Shown: positions 22,880 to 35,559, counted from the first letter of the stretch. The stretch is DNA of 64,000 bases from Octopus bimaculoides (GCF_001194135.2 NC_069005.1:31343793-31407792), one strand, 5' to 3'. Numbers and translations: made by a program. The notes: generated from the letters alone by a model not told the origin.

Positions 22880-23215
22880 TCATAATAGTAATCCTTTCTA
22901 CTGAAGGCACATGGACTGAAATTTGTGGGAGGGGACTAGTTGACCCCAATGTCTCACTGGTACTTAATTTATCGACTTCGAAAGAATGAAAAGCAGAGTT
23001 GACCCTGGCAGAATTTGAACTCAGAACGTAGCGACAGGTAAAATACCGCTAAGCATTTTGCCCAGCATGCTAACGATTCTGCCAGCTTAACAATAATAAT
23101 CCTTTCTACTAAAGGCACACAGCCTGAAATTTGTGGGAGGGGACTAGTTGACTACATCGACCCCAGTGTCTTACTGGTACTTAATTTATCTCAAAGTCGA
23201 CCTCGGTGGAACTTG
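22880..23215 (-). mobile_element. Tandem pair of third SINE family (gagctggcagaatcgttagc head; (TAT)n tail)
   Basis: Same family at about 966-1180(+), 32857-33069(+), 39832-40063(-), 53000-53111(+), 55060-55450(-), 57005-57385(+), 58245-58780(-) and 62810-63225(-). Confidence 0.85.
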
Positions 23216-23267
23216 AGTAATAATAATAATAATAATAAATAATAATGTAAGCTGCTTAATACATTAC

Positions 23268-23384
23268 CTTTGAATGTCCAGTTTGAGATCCATAGAGAAT
23301 GTGTAACGATCTCTTCCATTCTTTGACCTCAGTTTTGCAATCTTTGGAAATGGTTTTCTCCACGGATTCTTTAACCTCTGCAAC
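23268..23384 (-). CDS. TYW1: TYW1 exon (VAEVKESVEK...SLHILYGSQTGHSK)
   Basis: Flavodoxin P-loop YGSQTG. cAG / AAG|GTAATG. 39 codons. Confidence 0.93.
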
Positions 23385-23769
23385 CTGGGAATATAAAAAT
23401 AAAGAATAGGACACATATCCATTGCAGGATTACTCAATTTTGCTGGCTGAGTGGACTGGAGCAATATGAAATGAAGTGTTTTGCTCAACAACACAATGCA
23501 TCACCTAGTCCAGGAATCGAAACCACAGTCTTACAATCATGAGTCCAACACCCTAACCACTCGGCCATATGCCTCCACTGTGAGTGCTAACCCTTTGAAC
23601 ACTGGAATGTGCTTTAGCAGGCAGGTTGTACCCCTTGCAGATGCAACATAATTTTATGTTTACGGCTGGAAAAAAAAAAATGGTTCTGCTAATTAGCAAG
23701 CTGTGAACACAAAACCGTGTGGCCACTTGCTTTTGCATCTTTCAGTGGGTGTAGTTAGTTAGACCAACT

Positions 23770-24010
23770 AACACATGCTAAAGTGTACTCGCTCTTGAGG
23801 AAAGATGCCAACAATGACTGTATGATAGCCACAACATGGTCCCCTGAAGGAAGAAGGACGCACAGAACGCTTGGAGAAGAACAGTTGAAAAAAGAGAAGC
23901 TGGCTGGTGCATGGGGAATGTGGAACGAGATGTGAACCACAGCCATCAACTGGACAACATGGAGAGAGAGAGAGTGGAAGTCTTATGAGCCACATGGCAT
24001 GGGGAGCTAT
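23770..24010 (+). mobile_element. RTE LINE 3' fragment
   Basis: LLRKDANNDCMIATTWSPEGRR / AWRRTVEK, with frameshifts. Confidence 0.7.
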
Positions 24011-24058
24011 TAACAAAAAGGAAGTGTACTCATAGATTCAAACAATAATGCTGTATAT

Positions 24059-24532
24059 CAGTGGTTCTCAACCCCTTTTCTACCTATTGACTCCTTGGAT
24101 TCTTATGTAATTCTGGTGGGCATCCATAACCATTCAATGTTTAAAAACATCCTATCATTTTTATAATTAAATATGAAGGGGTGCTGAAAAGCTCTTGACT
24201 TTGGGTAAAAGAAAATACAGCAGGATCATTTTAATTATGATTTTATTCAACATATTCCCCCTCTCATATTTACACACTTATTGCAGCAGCCCTTCAGTTT
24301 TTCTAAGCCATGTAAAAGATTTTGGAATGTTGGGCTTCCAACCAGGCCTTTCATGATACCCTTAAAGCCAGGAACTTTTCAGCACCCCCTCGTATTATTA
24401 GAAATTGTATAAAAATTTTTTTAATATTTGATTTATTGTAGAAGCAAAACCAATTTATTGCACACAGATTTTAAGCACAAAATCTTATATGGACCCCCAA
24501 GAGTTATACAGACTCCCAGTTGAGGACTACTG
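24059..24532. mobile_element. hAT-type MITE (host of a nested insertion)
   Basis: TIRs CAGTGGTTCTCAAC / gttgaggactactg. 8-bp TSD ctgtatat / atgtatat (7/8 match). Partial relatives at about 35018-35090 and 60330-60502. Confidence 0.8.
24174..24392. mobile_element. Tc1/mariner-type MITE nested in the hAT MITE
   Basis: About 30-bp TIRs (tgaaggggtgctgaaaagctcttgacttt / aaagccaggaacttttcagcaccccctcg) flanked by TA. Confidence 0.85.
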
Positions 24533-24554
24533 ATGTATATGAATCTTACTTTAC

Positions 24555-24680
24555 CTTAGTTTTGGTTTGCTTCATCCAAAATCTGCTGAGATAAGTGAAT
24601 GAAATAATTGCCAGAAGCAAGAGCCAGACTGGCAGATGTAGGTATTCAGATACCTCATACTGTAACAGTTCTTCCAACAT
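24555..24680 (-). CDS. TYW1: TYW1 first coding exon with N-terminal hydrophobic anchor (MLEELLQY...VWLLLLAIISFTYL...KTK)
   Basis: ATG at 24680, 13 nt after an acceptor at 24694-95. Donor AAG|GTAAAG. Eukaryotic TYW1 has an N-terminal TM segment. The assembled CDS is 2142 nt with no stops. Confidence 0.82.
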
Positions 24681-24915
24681 AACACAAACCAATCTGAAGA
24701 AGAGAAAACAAAGTCAGCCTTAGTTCAATTATTCAGAGATAAGAGAAGTGAGAAAAGGGACATGTAGACATATTTATTGGGAGGGGAATTAAAGTATAGC
24801 CATATCTATTAATCGGGTAGTATTGGAGGATTACATTTATCTGTTAGTACACATAGCTATTAGTGGGGTACCAGAGATGAATGTATGTATATGTGTGTGT
24901 GTGTGTGTGTGTGTA

Positions 24916-24956
<41 letters not shown>

Positions 24957-25442
24957 CTTGTTTCAATCATTAGACTGCAGCCATTTTGGAGCACTGCTTT
25001 GAAGGGTTCCAATTGAAAGAATCCACCCTAGTACCTATTTTTTTCCCCGAGCCTGATACTTATTCAATTGGCCCCTTTTTGTCAAACTGCTTGGGGATGT
25101 AAACAAACTAACATCAGCTGTAAAGCAGTGAGGGGAACAAACACAAAGAATCATACTCATAGATGTATATATATATATATATATATATACATAAACACAC
25201 ACACATTATATATACATGCATATATGGGTACAGGACATCAGAAAAACGTGAACAATAAGAGAAACGAGAACATAAAACAGACACAGAAAACAAACTTTTT
25301 TTCAAACAATGAAAGAAATAAATAGAGAAACGAGAAATGTAATGTAAAGAACATTCCCTTCATCAGTTGTTCCCTGTTTTATCTACTCCACGTTTCAAAG
25401 GTAGGGACAAGACGCATACATGACAGCACCAGCTATGTAATC

Positions 25443-25478
<36 letters not shown>

Positions 25479-28400
25479 TATATATATGATGCATAATATA
25501 TGTATTATATATATCAGGAAAGTAGTAGTGTATGTATATATATATATATTGTTGAGTCATAGCTATGTCTATTAATAGAAATGTATTGGGAACACATCAG
25601 CTCCATTAACTTCATTAGTCTCAAGCCAACAAGTACGTCTCTTTGATTTGTATAATAGGAAAAAAAAAATCATTTTCAATCATCTGATTTATTCATTGTA
25701 ACCAATGAGACTGGCCCAGATGTTTGCAATAATAATGAACTCTTCTAAAGCCAACCAAGGGCTAAGTGGTGATGTGAAGCTTCCCAACCACATGGTTTCA
25801 GGTTCAGTCCCACTGTGTGGCGACTTAAGCACGTCTTCTATTATAGCCCTCGGCTCACCCAAGCCTTGTAAGTGGATTTGGTGGATGGAAACTGCAAGAA
25901 GTCCAGTATGTATGTATGTGCATGTGTACGTGTATGTGTCTTTGTGTTTGTCTCCCACCACTGCTGTCAATTTGTTCAAATAAAGCCCTTCTAGGCAGTG
26001 CCCCAGCTAGGCCCCAGTCCAATGACTGAAACAAGTAAAAGTCAAAGGCTTTGGTAGAAATGGCAGACGACATTTACTTTCAACTCATTGAATTACAATT
26101 TGACGTTAAGTACAGGAGTTTTGAACTGTAACTTAAGAGCGATCAGGACTTAAAGAGTAATTCTTCAGAGTTACTGAATCTCAGCTACGCATCATAGCCT
26201 AGAATACATATCTTCATTAACATTACAAAATAATTAAAAAAAAAACATCACTTCACCAGAATTGATCTGGGGAATCAACATTAATAGCTATTGTGATGGT
26301 GATGCCGCTGGTCTCAAAAACCTTGGAGATACTGGAAATAATTAATTAATTTTGACTATATTAATCGAACCGCAAAATACACGCAGCATAGATTCAAGGG
26401 AAAATGATATTTAAAAACTATATAATTCATGGCAGCGTGGGTTTATGAAAAAAAAACAAAAAAAAAACTGGGAAACAAAATCGTCTGAAAGACAAAGACA
26501 AAAATTTTTTAGAAGCAATAATTATATCTGGAATGTTAATCTCTTTAAAACGCAACACTTCGACACAATTTTTCAGTGTAATTATGTTATATAAGTGGTT
26601 TGAAATTAGCAATGAGATTTAATCGTCGCAAACATTAAACAATAAAAGAAAATAATAATGCATCACAGATGTTTCCTGTATCGATTTCCTTTTGTTATGA
26701 AAATGTCTTTTATTGAAAATTACAGATAAGAAGTAAGCTTTATCACCACGAGAAGCTGTTGCTTAGCTATAGGTCGGCTCTGAAAATCCACCCATTTCAG
26801 GCAGATCTAGTTTTCCCATCACAGTAGTTTCAAATGTGTCATCTTTCTGTTAAGACAGTAAAATGTGATTTGAGATATCTGACTGTTACTTCTAGCAGGT
26901 CGATCGACTGCAGAAAGGTTTCTTTCCCCTCGATGTTTCGCATCGATCAAGAGAAGTCAGTGGAAATGGTTAGAAAGGTCAAAAGCCGGGATTGGGGAAG
27001 TTATGGTACCTGGCTCGATACTTCAGCTTCCAATAGCTCATTAAATCTTAACAGTAGTATAGTAATAGTTAATTACTGTCGGAGTATTTGATTTAATTAA
27101 TTACAACGCCCTTTGATCATGAAAAGATGGACATTGAAAGAAATCAATACCTTCGTGTTAATTGCGAGATTTAAAATTTTCCACTTCACTGACTTTGAAC
27201 TACTTACGAAAGAGAACTTATACTGTGATTCATATATTTAAATGTCGATTTATAATAGAATTAGATGATAAATCAGATCTTTAATCGTTTAATCCCCGCA
27301 ACTATATATATTTTGTCCTTATCTATGGGTAACATAAACACCGCAAATAGCAACGGAGCACCTTGTGTAAACATTAAAGTTACCAATCATTAAATAATTA
27401 AGTAAACATTACGAAAAAAAAGGGTACTTACGTTAGCTATTATGTTTTGTCGAAGTACATTGAACGATTTTTAGGCAGATCTGCCTCAGACAGTGTTTCT
27501 TTAGTAAACCTTTCAAAACAATACTTCGGCCACATGGAACTCAGTTGCATTACATAGATCTAAGGAAGATAGTAATTTTCAAGACACATGAATGAGCAGA
27601 CCACTTTTAACTTGGGGGCTTGAAGTGAACAGGAAATTTTCAACATTTGCAGAATATCTTAATAAATATTATAGATTAATTTATGTTTTAAATAAATGAA
27701 CACATTTTTTTATATACGTTGTATAAATATCGGGATATCTTACATACTGGATGTATGTGTGTATCATTATCATCATCATCATCATTATTATTACTATTTA
27801 ATTCCCGTTTTCCATGCTGGCATGAGTTGGACGGTTCAACAGGAAATAGCAAGTCAGAAGACTGCACCAGGATATACATGTGTGTGAATGTGTGTACATG
27901 TATATAGTGGAGACGGAATGGCCCAGTGGTTAGGGCAGCGGACTCGCGGTCATAGGATCGCGGTTTCGATTCCCAGACCGGGCGTTGTGAGTGTTTATTG
28001 AGCGAAAACACCTAAAGCTCCACGAGTGCCAACAACAACAACAACATCAACATGTGAAATTATTAAACACATTTATTCTCGCTCCACTTTTACCTCACGT
28101 CCCTTTCTGTCAATGACCAAAGGCTCGAAATCCATTCTTCCCAAGCTTCAAACTAATACACCTGCTTGTTATTCACTCACCTGTCTCTGTTTTTGTCTCA
28201 CCTGTCTCTGCATTTGAACCATATATATATATATATATATATACAAGTGAGTGGAAAAACGCCACTCAACACATTTAGTAGGAGTGACATATAGTATTTA
28301 AAACGGTTTGAAACTTAAAGTAGCACGGAACCAAATCAAACTGCCGGTGCCACGTAAAAAGCACCAGCCGATCGTGGTCTTTGCCAGCCTACTCTGGCCC

Positions 28401-29206
28401 TTGTGTTGGTGGCACATAAAAAGCACCCTCTACACTTACGGAATGGTTGGCGTTAGGAAGGGCATCCAGCTGCAGAAACACTGCCAGATCAAACTGGAGC
28501 CTGGTCCAATTTTTAATGGAAAATAGTTTGCCAGTTATATCTGCATTTGAAGCTGCCGCCAAATTTCAAAATGATTAATAAGTGCTTTTTCTTTTTAATA
28601 AGCTTAACAATAAAAATGAGAGGGGTTTTTTTTCTAGCGAGAAATGGTTGAAATTTATACGTTAATTGCTTTCAAAGAATTCCATAAAGGTTATTGAAGG
28701 GAAATTGTTCCAACCGTGATTCGAAACCGTAACGCTGATTCGATCCATGGGGGCAGGGAGCTTAGTACTAATATTTCTTAGCTCCTAAAGGTAATATTAC
28801 GCAATGAAGTGCAATATTAGTTACCTTTGATTAAATTCACCGGTTTAGATTTTAGAGGAAGTGAGAAGTTGTGACGTTCATGGAGTCTATGAGCAAGCTT
28901 GAATGGACAACAGAATTAAAAAGAATTCTAAGTGTGACCATCACGCCTCTTTGTATATTCATGATCCAATCCCACTCCCATTTTAAGACTGAAAGGTTCG
29001 ATTTGGGAAATGCAGGGCGGGGGCTGCTATTTCTAGCAAACCGGGCAACCACCTTAAAGCCCTTACTTTGGATGCTAACGTTCATATACTTCATAAACGG
29101 CATTAAAAGGCGAACGTGAAGGGAAACTACTTCAATGAGGATAGGTAAACGTGGCATATACATGTTGTCTGAGAACATGTCCTTAACGAAATATTTTAAG
29201 TGATAT

Positions 29207-29249
<43 letters not shown>

Positions 29250-29464
29250 NNNNNNNNNNNNNNNNNNNNNNNNNNNNNNNNNNNNNNNNNNNNNNNNNNN
29301 NNNNNNNNNNNNNNNNNNTTCGGGTTTAGCAATCCTATTTTTAGATTTACTCGTTTCACACTTTAATTTTTGCATGCGTGTCAGTCATTTCGTTTCGCGT
29401 TGCCATTTCTGTTTTTCTCTCAATCTTCGAAATTTTGGGAACCAACTTCAAGTTTTTCGAAAAC
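24681..29464. promoter_or_regulatory. Divergent TYW1/TBL2 upstream region (includes TYW1 5'UTR intron)
   Basis: Head-to-head start codons 4.8 kb apart. A candidate TYW1 5'UTR exon donor GTAAGT lies on the minus strand at 27426-31. TSSs are not determined. Confidence 0.5.
27907..28026 (+). mobile_element. tRNA-derived SINE head only, followed by (CAA)n
   Basis: A-box 27919-29 and B-box 27962-74. Near-identical to the head of the 7335-7614 copy (7500-7612). Confidence 0.85.
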
Positions 29465-29603
29465 ATGAACGAAGAAGAAGCTCCAGTCCCGATAGTAGCT
29501 TTAACTATGGTCCTCGGGACCATAGTTATGATGGTCGTCTTTTTCTTTTTCGTTGCAAAGAAAAGTAAAGAGGAAAGAGAAAAAGAAATAGAAGAGACTT
29601 CAG
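29465..29603 (+). CDS. TBL2: TBL2 exon 1 (signal-anchor TM: PIVALTMVLGTIVMMVVFFFFVA-KK)
   Basis: aacATG, TM followed by a basic/acidic stretch. Donor G|GTAAGA. Phase 1 fits exon 2. Confidence 0.88.
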
Positions 29604-31644
29604 GTAAGACGTGGTGAGGGGACAATGTTTCTGCAAAATTCCTTCTCGATGCCGTTGTTGTGGGTTTATTACTCGTGGCTTTTCTCTTTTCCGTTAAATT
29701 TTCCTTTCATCAGCTTCACTCTCTCAGTTTCATTATTTTCGTGGGAATAAATGATAAAAGAAATAGATCGGGTATTTCTCAGTGGACGATCTGTTTCTTG
29801 ATTGTATTTTTTATTGTTAAATAATTCAATTTCTTTTATATTTTTCCACAATACCAATTTTATTGCGAAGTAGAAGGGTTTAGCCGGCTTCAAACAAAAC
29901 TATATATTACCTAGTATTCCACATACATCTTCTTCCGCCCCCGTTTATTTTGCATTTATTCGACAAATTCATTTAATTAAGTTAAATTTGAACTTTGAAT
30001 TGTCAACCCAACAAAAGTAGATATCTATCATAAATGCATTTAATCTCTTTCACTCATCAATCTATGTTACTACATGGTTTATATATATATATATATATGC
30101 TGTTTGTGCCCGTCTCCTACCAACAATTTCAGTTTGTTATGGTGAACAAGGAGCTGAAAACTACGTCAAGGAATGAACAATGCAATACCCCTGATAAACA
30201 TTGAACATAATTCACAGTCTCTTCGTAACTAACTGATAAATTATAAATATGCATTTCAAATATTTTGTTAGTGCTAACCTCTATTTTGTTGTTTGATTCG
30301 ATATACAATGCTCGTTCGCTGAAGAAAAATTTAATTCGTGTTAAAAAATACAGGATGACCCGTCCTTTATAATTTTCATCATTAAGTTTATGGAACCAAC
30401 GAGGGAGCCTCTACGTGGTCACCTGCTAAAAATAGAAGCCAAATAAAAAATATGTTACTGTCTAAAAAAAGGGGGGGGCAGACACATTAAATAACGTTAG
30501 TTCTAGGTATTTCCAAAAAGATGGGATGGTCATTAAAGGAATGCTTTTGATTCTTGATCTGTTCGGTCAAGATTCGCTCAGGGCTAAACAACAAATGATG
30601 AGTGTTTACGTGGGTTAATAGGCGTGCTAGAAGTAGCAGCTAAATGATCCCTCCAAATCACATTCTACCGCCTTAAATAAAGCCGTATGCAACTCACAGA
30701 ATTTAGTTCCCGATAAACAAAACGGTAGAATAGTTACGGCTGGAATGCCTTTGCTCAAAGATCTGCTCGAGTGAGTCTCTACTGGAGCGAAAAAGTTTTG
30801 TCTCATGTTATAGTTGGGATACAGAAGAAACACGTGAAGAAGCTGTCTATGCACGAATATAAAAGGCAAAAACTCTGCTGGGGTTGCTGAAACGAATGCT
30901 GCAAAATATTGCAATAAAATCGTTTTATTACTTCCATTAAAGAGATGGTATGGTGTCTACGGAAGACAAAGGTATTTCTAGTTAACTCGGTTAAAAATAA
31001 CGTTTGTGTACGCATGTTTATTAGCAATATATTTTTAGCCGAATAGTAATAAGAGAAATGGTGGTTTATTTATATTATTACAAATAAATGCATTTAAAAA
31101 AAATTAATATTTACAAATAAACAATCAGGTGCATATGTGACATGTATTTTCATTGAACACGTTGGCAAGGGTTTTAGCTGGTTTAGAGTTATCTGCCTTT
31201 ATAGCCCAATTTATGAGTCTGGCTTTTCAAATCGGCCGCCCTCGGCATAGTTAATTGTACAACCACAATATTGTCAAAATTATAGCCTGTATTTTTGAAA
31301 TATTTAATTTCTAATATAGGCTTCATTATGTTGTCGTTTATATCCTTTGAGAAAGCTCCACCTGCTAGAACTAACATCGAAATACCTGTCCAATCCATTC
31401 AACCGCCTTTAAAAAAAAAAAAAAAGACACGTTGGATATTCTGGTCCTAGATATGTTGTGTCGAGAATAAAAAAGTAAAAAAAAAAAAATGACGTGGTCA
31501 TGTCTGGTGTCCCTTTATTATGAGTCTCGTTCACCCACCACAAGTTTTTTATTGAAAAAGAATACAATTTACATAAGTAAACAGAACATAAATATATCAG
31601 TAAATAAATTAAGAAAAAAGTGCCATGCATATTCTTCAATCATA

Positions 31645-32543
31645 AGAGGTACATTCCAGAAGTTTTAAGACTTTTTTAGGAGAGGCAGTTATAACTGTCC
31701 GAGATTATTGTAACTTTAGTATATCATTCATATACATCTAATAAGCTGACCTGCCAACTTATGTCATTCTAGGTTGAAGGAGATGGCTGTAACAGTACTT
31801 TAAACATAGCTTTATGCAATAAAGTTTTGCGTTAAATGCTAAAGAAACTTATGAAATATTCCAGACTGTTTGTGGATAATTTTGTATGAGCTAAGCATCT
31901 GTTTTTCACTGGCACAAAATGCTAAGCAAAGCAAGTCCACCAGGAAGCTCATGATGAGCTCATTTTTTGACAGCAAGGGCCTCATCTACATTGACTGGTT
32001 TCTCTGGCCAGACAGTCAACAAAGAGTACTTTGTAGAAGTTTGGAAGGAATTCATAAAACTATTTCATTGTAAAAGGCCAGTGTACCTAGACCAAGATAA
32101 TGCACTTGTCCATATTTCCATACTAGTAACCAAGTACTTGACCGAGATCATCATCATCATCGTCGTTTAACGTCCGCTTTCCATGCTAGCATAGGTTGGA
32201 CGATTTGACTGAGAACTGGTGAAACCAGATGGCTACACCAGGCTCCAATCTGATTTGGCAGAATTTCTACGGGTGTATGCCCTTCCTAACGCCAACCACT
32301 CCGAGAGTGGTTGGCAATCAAAACTGTCCCTCACCCTCTCTAGCGCCCAGACTTTGCTCCCTGTGACTTTTGGGGCTGAAGGAGAAGATGAAGAGTCATG
32401 GACGCTTTGGAGGACTTCCATGGGGATTTCAGAAAGTGGATTGAAGTCAGGATCCTACTTTCTGGGATATTAGGGTTTTGTGCTTCTTTGAAATTAATAA
32501 ATTTCTCTCCTGCAAAAAGTCTCAAAACCTGAAACATATCTTG
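31645..32543 (+). mobile_element. Degenerate mariner transposon with internal deletions, split by a SINE (32150-32312)
   Basis: TA-flanked degenerate TIRs. Peptides KLMMSSFFDSKG, GQTVNKEY, DNA and HPL*RPDFAPCDFW (YSPDLAP motif), plus EVRxSYF. Confidence 0.85.
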
Positions 32544-33117
32544 TACATTACACCAAAGGACACTGGTGCTAAAAATGTTTGATACAACCCAACATTGTTG
32601 TAGCATATAAATAAGGTTGACCTACTGGAACAACCAGAGATCCTCATATGTATTAGGTTCTTTTTTTTTTTTTTTATCCCTTTCGGGGTTGATAAAATAA
32701 AATACCAGCTGTGCGCTGGGGTCAATTTAATCAACATACATGAGTACCTCAAACAATTAGCAAAAACATGGTACTTGCTCTCACCTTGTCTTCAATTCCT
32801 GGTAATAACTAGCTTTAACTGTGGTTTGAGGGACATTTGGCTGCTAATTCTAGCAGGTCAGGCTAACAGAATCATTAGCACACTGGACAAAATGCTTAAC
32901 AATATTTCACCCATCGCTACATTCTGAATTCAAATTCCACCGAGGTCAACTTTGCCTTTTACATCCTTTCGGAGTCAATAAATAAGTACCAGTGAAACAC
33001 TGAGATCAATGTAATTGACTAGTCCCCCTCCCCTCAAAATTTCAGGCCTTACGCCTTGAGTAGAAAGGATTATTGTTATTATTATTATTATTATTATTAT
33101 TTCCATTCTTTCCACAG

Positions 33118-33324
33118 CAACAAAGCCGAAACCAAAGCAGAATCAGAGTCAGAATGGGAAACAGCCTGCAAACAAAGCAGCAAAGAAACCCTTTACAACT
33201 AAGAAAAAGGCACAGGTCACGTACACTCACCCATGGTTGCTGACGACACTGAAAGGACACACAAACACCATTTTAGACATGGATTTCAGTCAGAACGGAA
33301 AATATTTTATAACAGTCGCTGAAG
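33118..33324 (+). CDS. TBL2: TBL2 exon 2 (...HPWLLTTLKGHTNTILDMDFSQNGKYFITVAE)
   Basis: First WD40 repeat matches TBL2 (HP.L...LK.H...MDFS.NGKY). cAG / G|GTAAGT. Missed by the ORF track. Confidence 0.95.
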
Positions 33325-33447
33325 GTAAGTAAAGTCAAATCTTTGGTTGCTAGATTGATTTGACTAAAGAATAATGATGATGTCCCTCTCTTTTACTTAG
33401 TTCCTGTGTCATGATAATAATTACTGACCCTTTATCTCTTCTTGCAG

Positions 33448-33562
33448 ATCGTTCTGCATTCATATGGAGTATCAAAAATTTTTCTCACAAAGAACATCGA
33501 TATATTCGAGCTCCCATTGATGTAGATCATGCAACACGGGTTCGATTCAGCCCTGATACAAA
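33448..33562 (+). CDS. TBL2: TBL2 exon 3 (DRSAFIWS...DHATRVRFSPDT)
   Basis: DHATxVRFSPD motif. Canonical splice sites. Confidence 0.95.
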
Positions 33563-34292
33563 GTAAGAAAAAAAAATACACTTTATTTATTTTCTTTTTT
33601 GTTTGTTTGTTTTGTTTGTTTTTTTTGCTTTGGTTATTTTATGAATTTCTTACCTTTTATGTTGCATTATGATTTTTTTTAACCCCAGGTTAGCTCTGAC
33701 CTGTGATTAACTCTACAGCATTTAAACTGGCCATATCCAGCCTGAATTTTCTACCTGTTTTATCTCGTGACTGGCCAGATCTGGCCTCTCACACTTACTC
33801 TACAATGTTATTCTAAAAATTAAACAATTACCTCATTGAAATCTCAAAGCTACATGGTAATACATGAGTAATTCATATCAATGTGAATAAATAAGTTTGC
33901 ACTTGATAGAGAAATCTGAATGCTAAAAGGTTGATTTCTCCAATCACCTTACAACATCAACTTCTTCACGGAACTAAGCCAGACTGCATCTCAACTCAGT
34001 AGTTAGAGCATCAGGCTCACAATCATGAGTTCAATTCCTAGACCGGGCTGTGTGTTGTGTTCTTGGGCAAGACACTTTATTTCACATTGCTCCAGTTCAC
34101 TCAGCTGTATATATCCATCATCGTCGTTTAACATCTGTCTTCCATGTTGGCTTGGGTTAAACAGTTTGACAGGATCCAAAAAGCCAGAGGACTGCATTGT
34201 GCTCCAATGTCTGCTTTGTCTAATGCTCAACCAATTCATATATGTACATGAAATGAAATGATTTTTGTTTTTTCTTTGCTCTTTCTGTGCAG

Positions 34293-34401
34293 AGCGTTTT
34301 TAGTGAGTTTGGCAAGAAAAAACATTTTGCGGATTTACCGAATTGGAAAGAAGAACGATGGAAGCATAGGAAGCTTTGTAGCTGCGTTTGATTTCCCTAA
34401 A
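34293..34401 (+). CDS. TBL2: TBL2 exon 4 (AFLVSLA...AFDFPK)
   Basis: AFxVxLA...DFPK. cAG / AAA|GTAAGA. Confidence 0.93.
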
Positions 34402-35329
34402 GTAAGACTACATTTCCATATTATTCACTCCTTTCTTTCTTTCTTTCTTTCTCTCTTCCTTTCCCACTTTCCTGTCTTCCACCTTTCTTGCTGTTCTTCT
34501 TTATTTGTTTTTTTCTTTTCTTTTCTTCTTTTTTTCTTCTCTTATTTCCTCCTTGTCTTTCTCTCCTTTCATTTTTTTTACCCTTTCTTTCCTTCTTTCT
34601 CATTCTTCCCCCCCCCCCTCTTCTTCTCCCATTCAATCTCCATAACATGTTCTCTTTCATTGTCTTGTCCTTTTCATTCCATTTCTTTCTGAAGCATATC
34701 TTCATGTCACACTCTTCAGACGACCCTAATCCCATGCCCAACCCTAACTGACACAACAACAAACAAACAAACAAGCACAACAACCTCTTTTAAGACATTC
34801 ATTTAACACACTGTTCTACTGTTTCTGTAAATTCACTCTCTTTACCATGTGCTTGAAACATTCAAGCGTAACAACACGACACACTTCAGTAACTCAAACG
34901 AACTCACTAATACCATTCACACAGTAAATGCTTGTCTGCTCTATCTGCCATATTCATTGACAGTTTGCTGTTTGTCTGATCAACAAGCCATTAGTCGATA
35001 CCTGATACCTGTGGTTCTCAACCATCTTTTTCTCTAAGGACCCCTTTGATTATTATTTTATTCTGGTGGACCCCTGTAGTCATTCAATGGTTAACCCTTT
35101 AGCATTCAAATTACATTGACAACCAATGTTGGTGTGTTTACGTCCCTGTAACTTAGCAGTTCGGCAAAAGAGACCAATAAGAATAAGTACTAGGGTTACA
35201 ATGAATAAGTGCTGGGGTCACTTTCTTCAACTAAAAGACCCTTTAAGGTGGTGCTCCAGCATGGCCATAGTCAATTGAGTGAAACAAGGAAAAGAATAAA
35301 AGAATACACACACATATGCACATATACAT

Positions 35330-35366
<37 letters not shown>

Positions 35367-35437
35367 GAGATAGATAATTAAATACATAAATAAAAGATGT
35401 GTTTCCATCTAAATATATTTCTCTTTTCTTGTTTTAG

Positions 35438-35537
35438 TACAACAAAGCTGATATACGAAATATTGGTGTTGCTTCCAATGGCCGTTTTATCATGGTGGGT
35501 TATGCCAATACCACAATCTTTGTCATCAGCATAAAAG
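35438..35537 (+). CDS. TBL2: TBL2 exon 5 (YNKADIRNIGVASNGRFIM...SIK)
   Basis: IGxAxxGxFIM motif. tAG / G|GTGAGC. Confidence 0.93.
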
Positions 35538-35559
35538 GTGAGCCACACTAAGAATTTGT

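Noticed and set aside
25330-25420. Minus-strand GAAAC...CTGATGA as a hammerhead ribozyme
   Set aside because: Stem I cannot pair and stem II is mostly G-U. It is probably a repeat end.
27907-27985. tRNA gene
   Set aside because: A/B boxes are present, but there is no closed acceptor stem. It continues into SINE body sequence and is repeated elsewhere in the window.
28755-28830. Two adjacent hairpins as an H/ACA snoRNA
   Set aside because: There is no ANANNA hinge or terminal ACA, and the stems are short and AT-rich.
28852-29178. Overlapping ORFs upstream of TBL2
   Set aside because: No recognisable motifs, splice context or coding bias.
34402-34783. Long ORFs extending TBL2 exon 4 (F/S/L-rich) and the antisense K/R/E-rich ORF
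   Set aside because: This is a CT-rich intronic low-complexity tract beyond a perfect GTAAGA donor.
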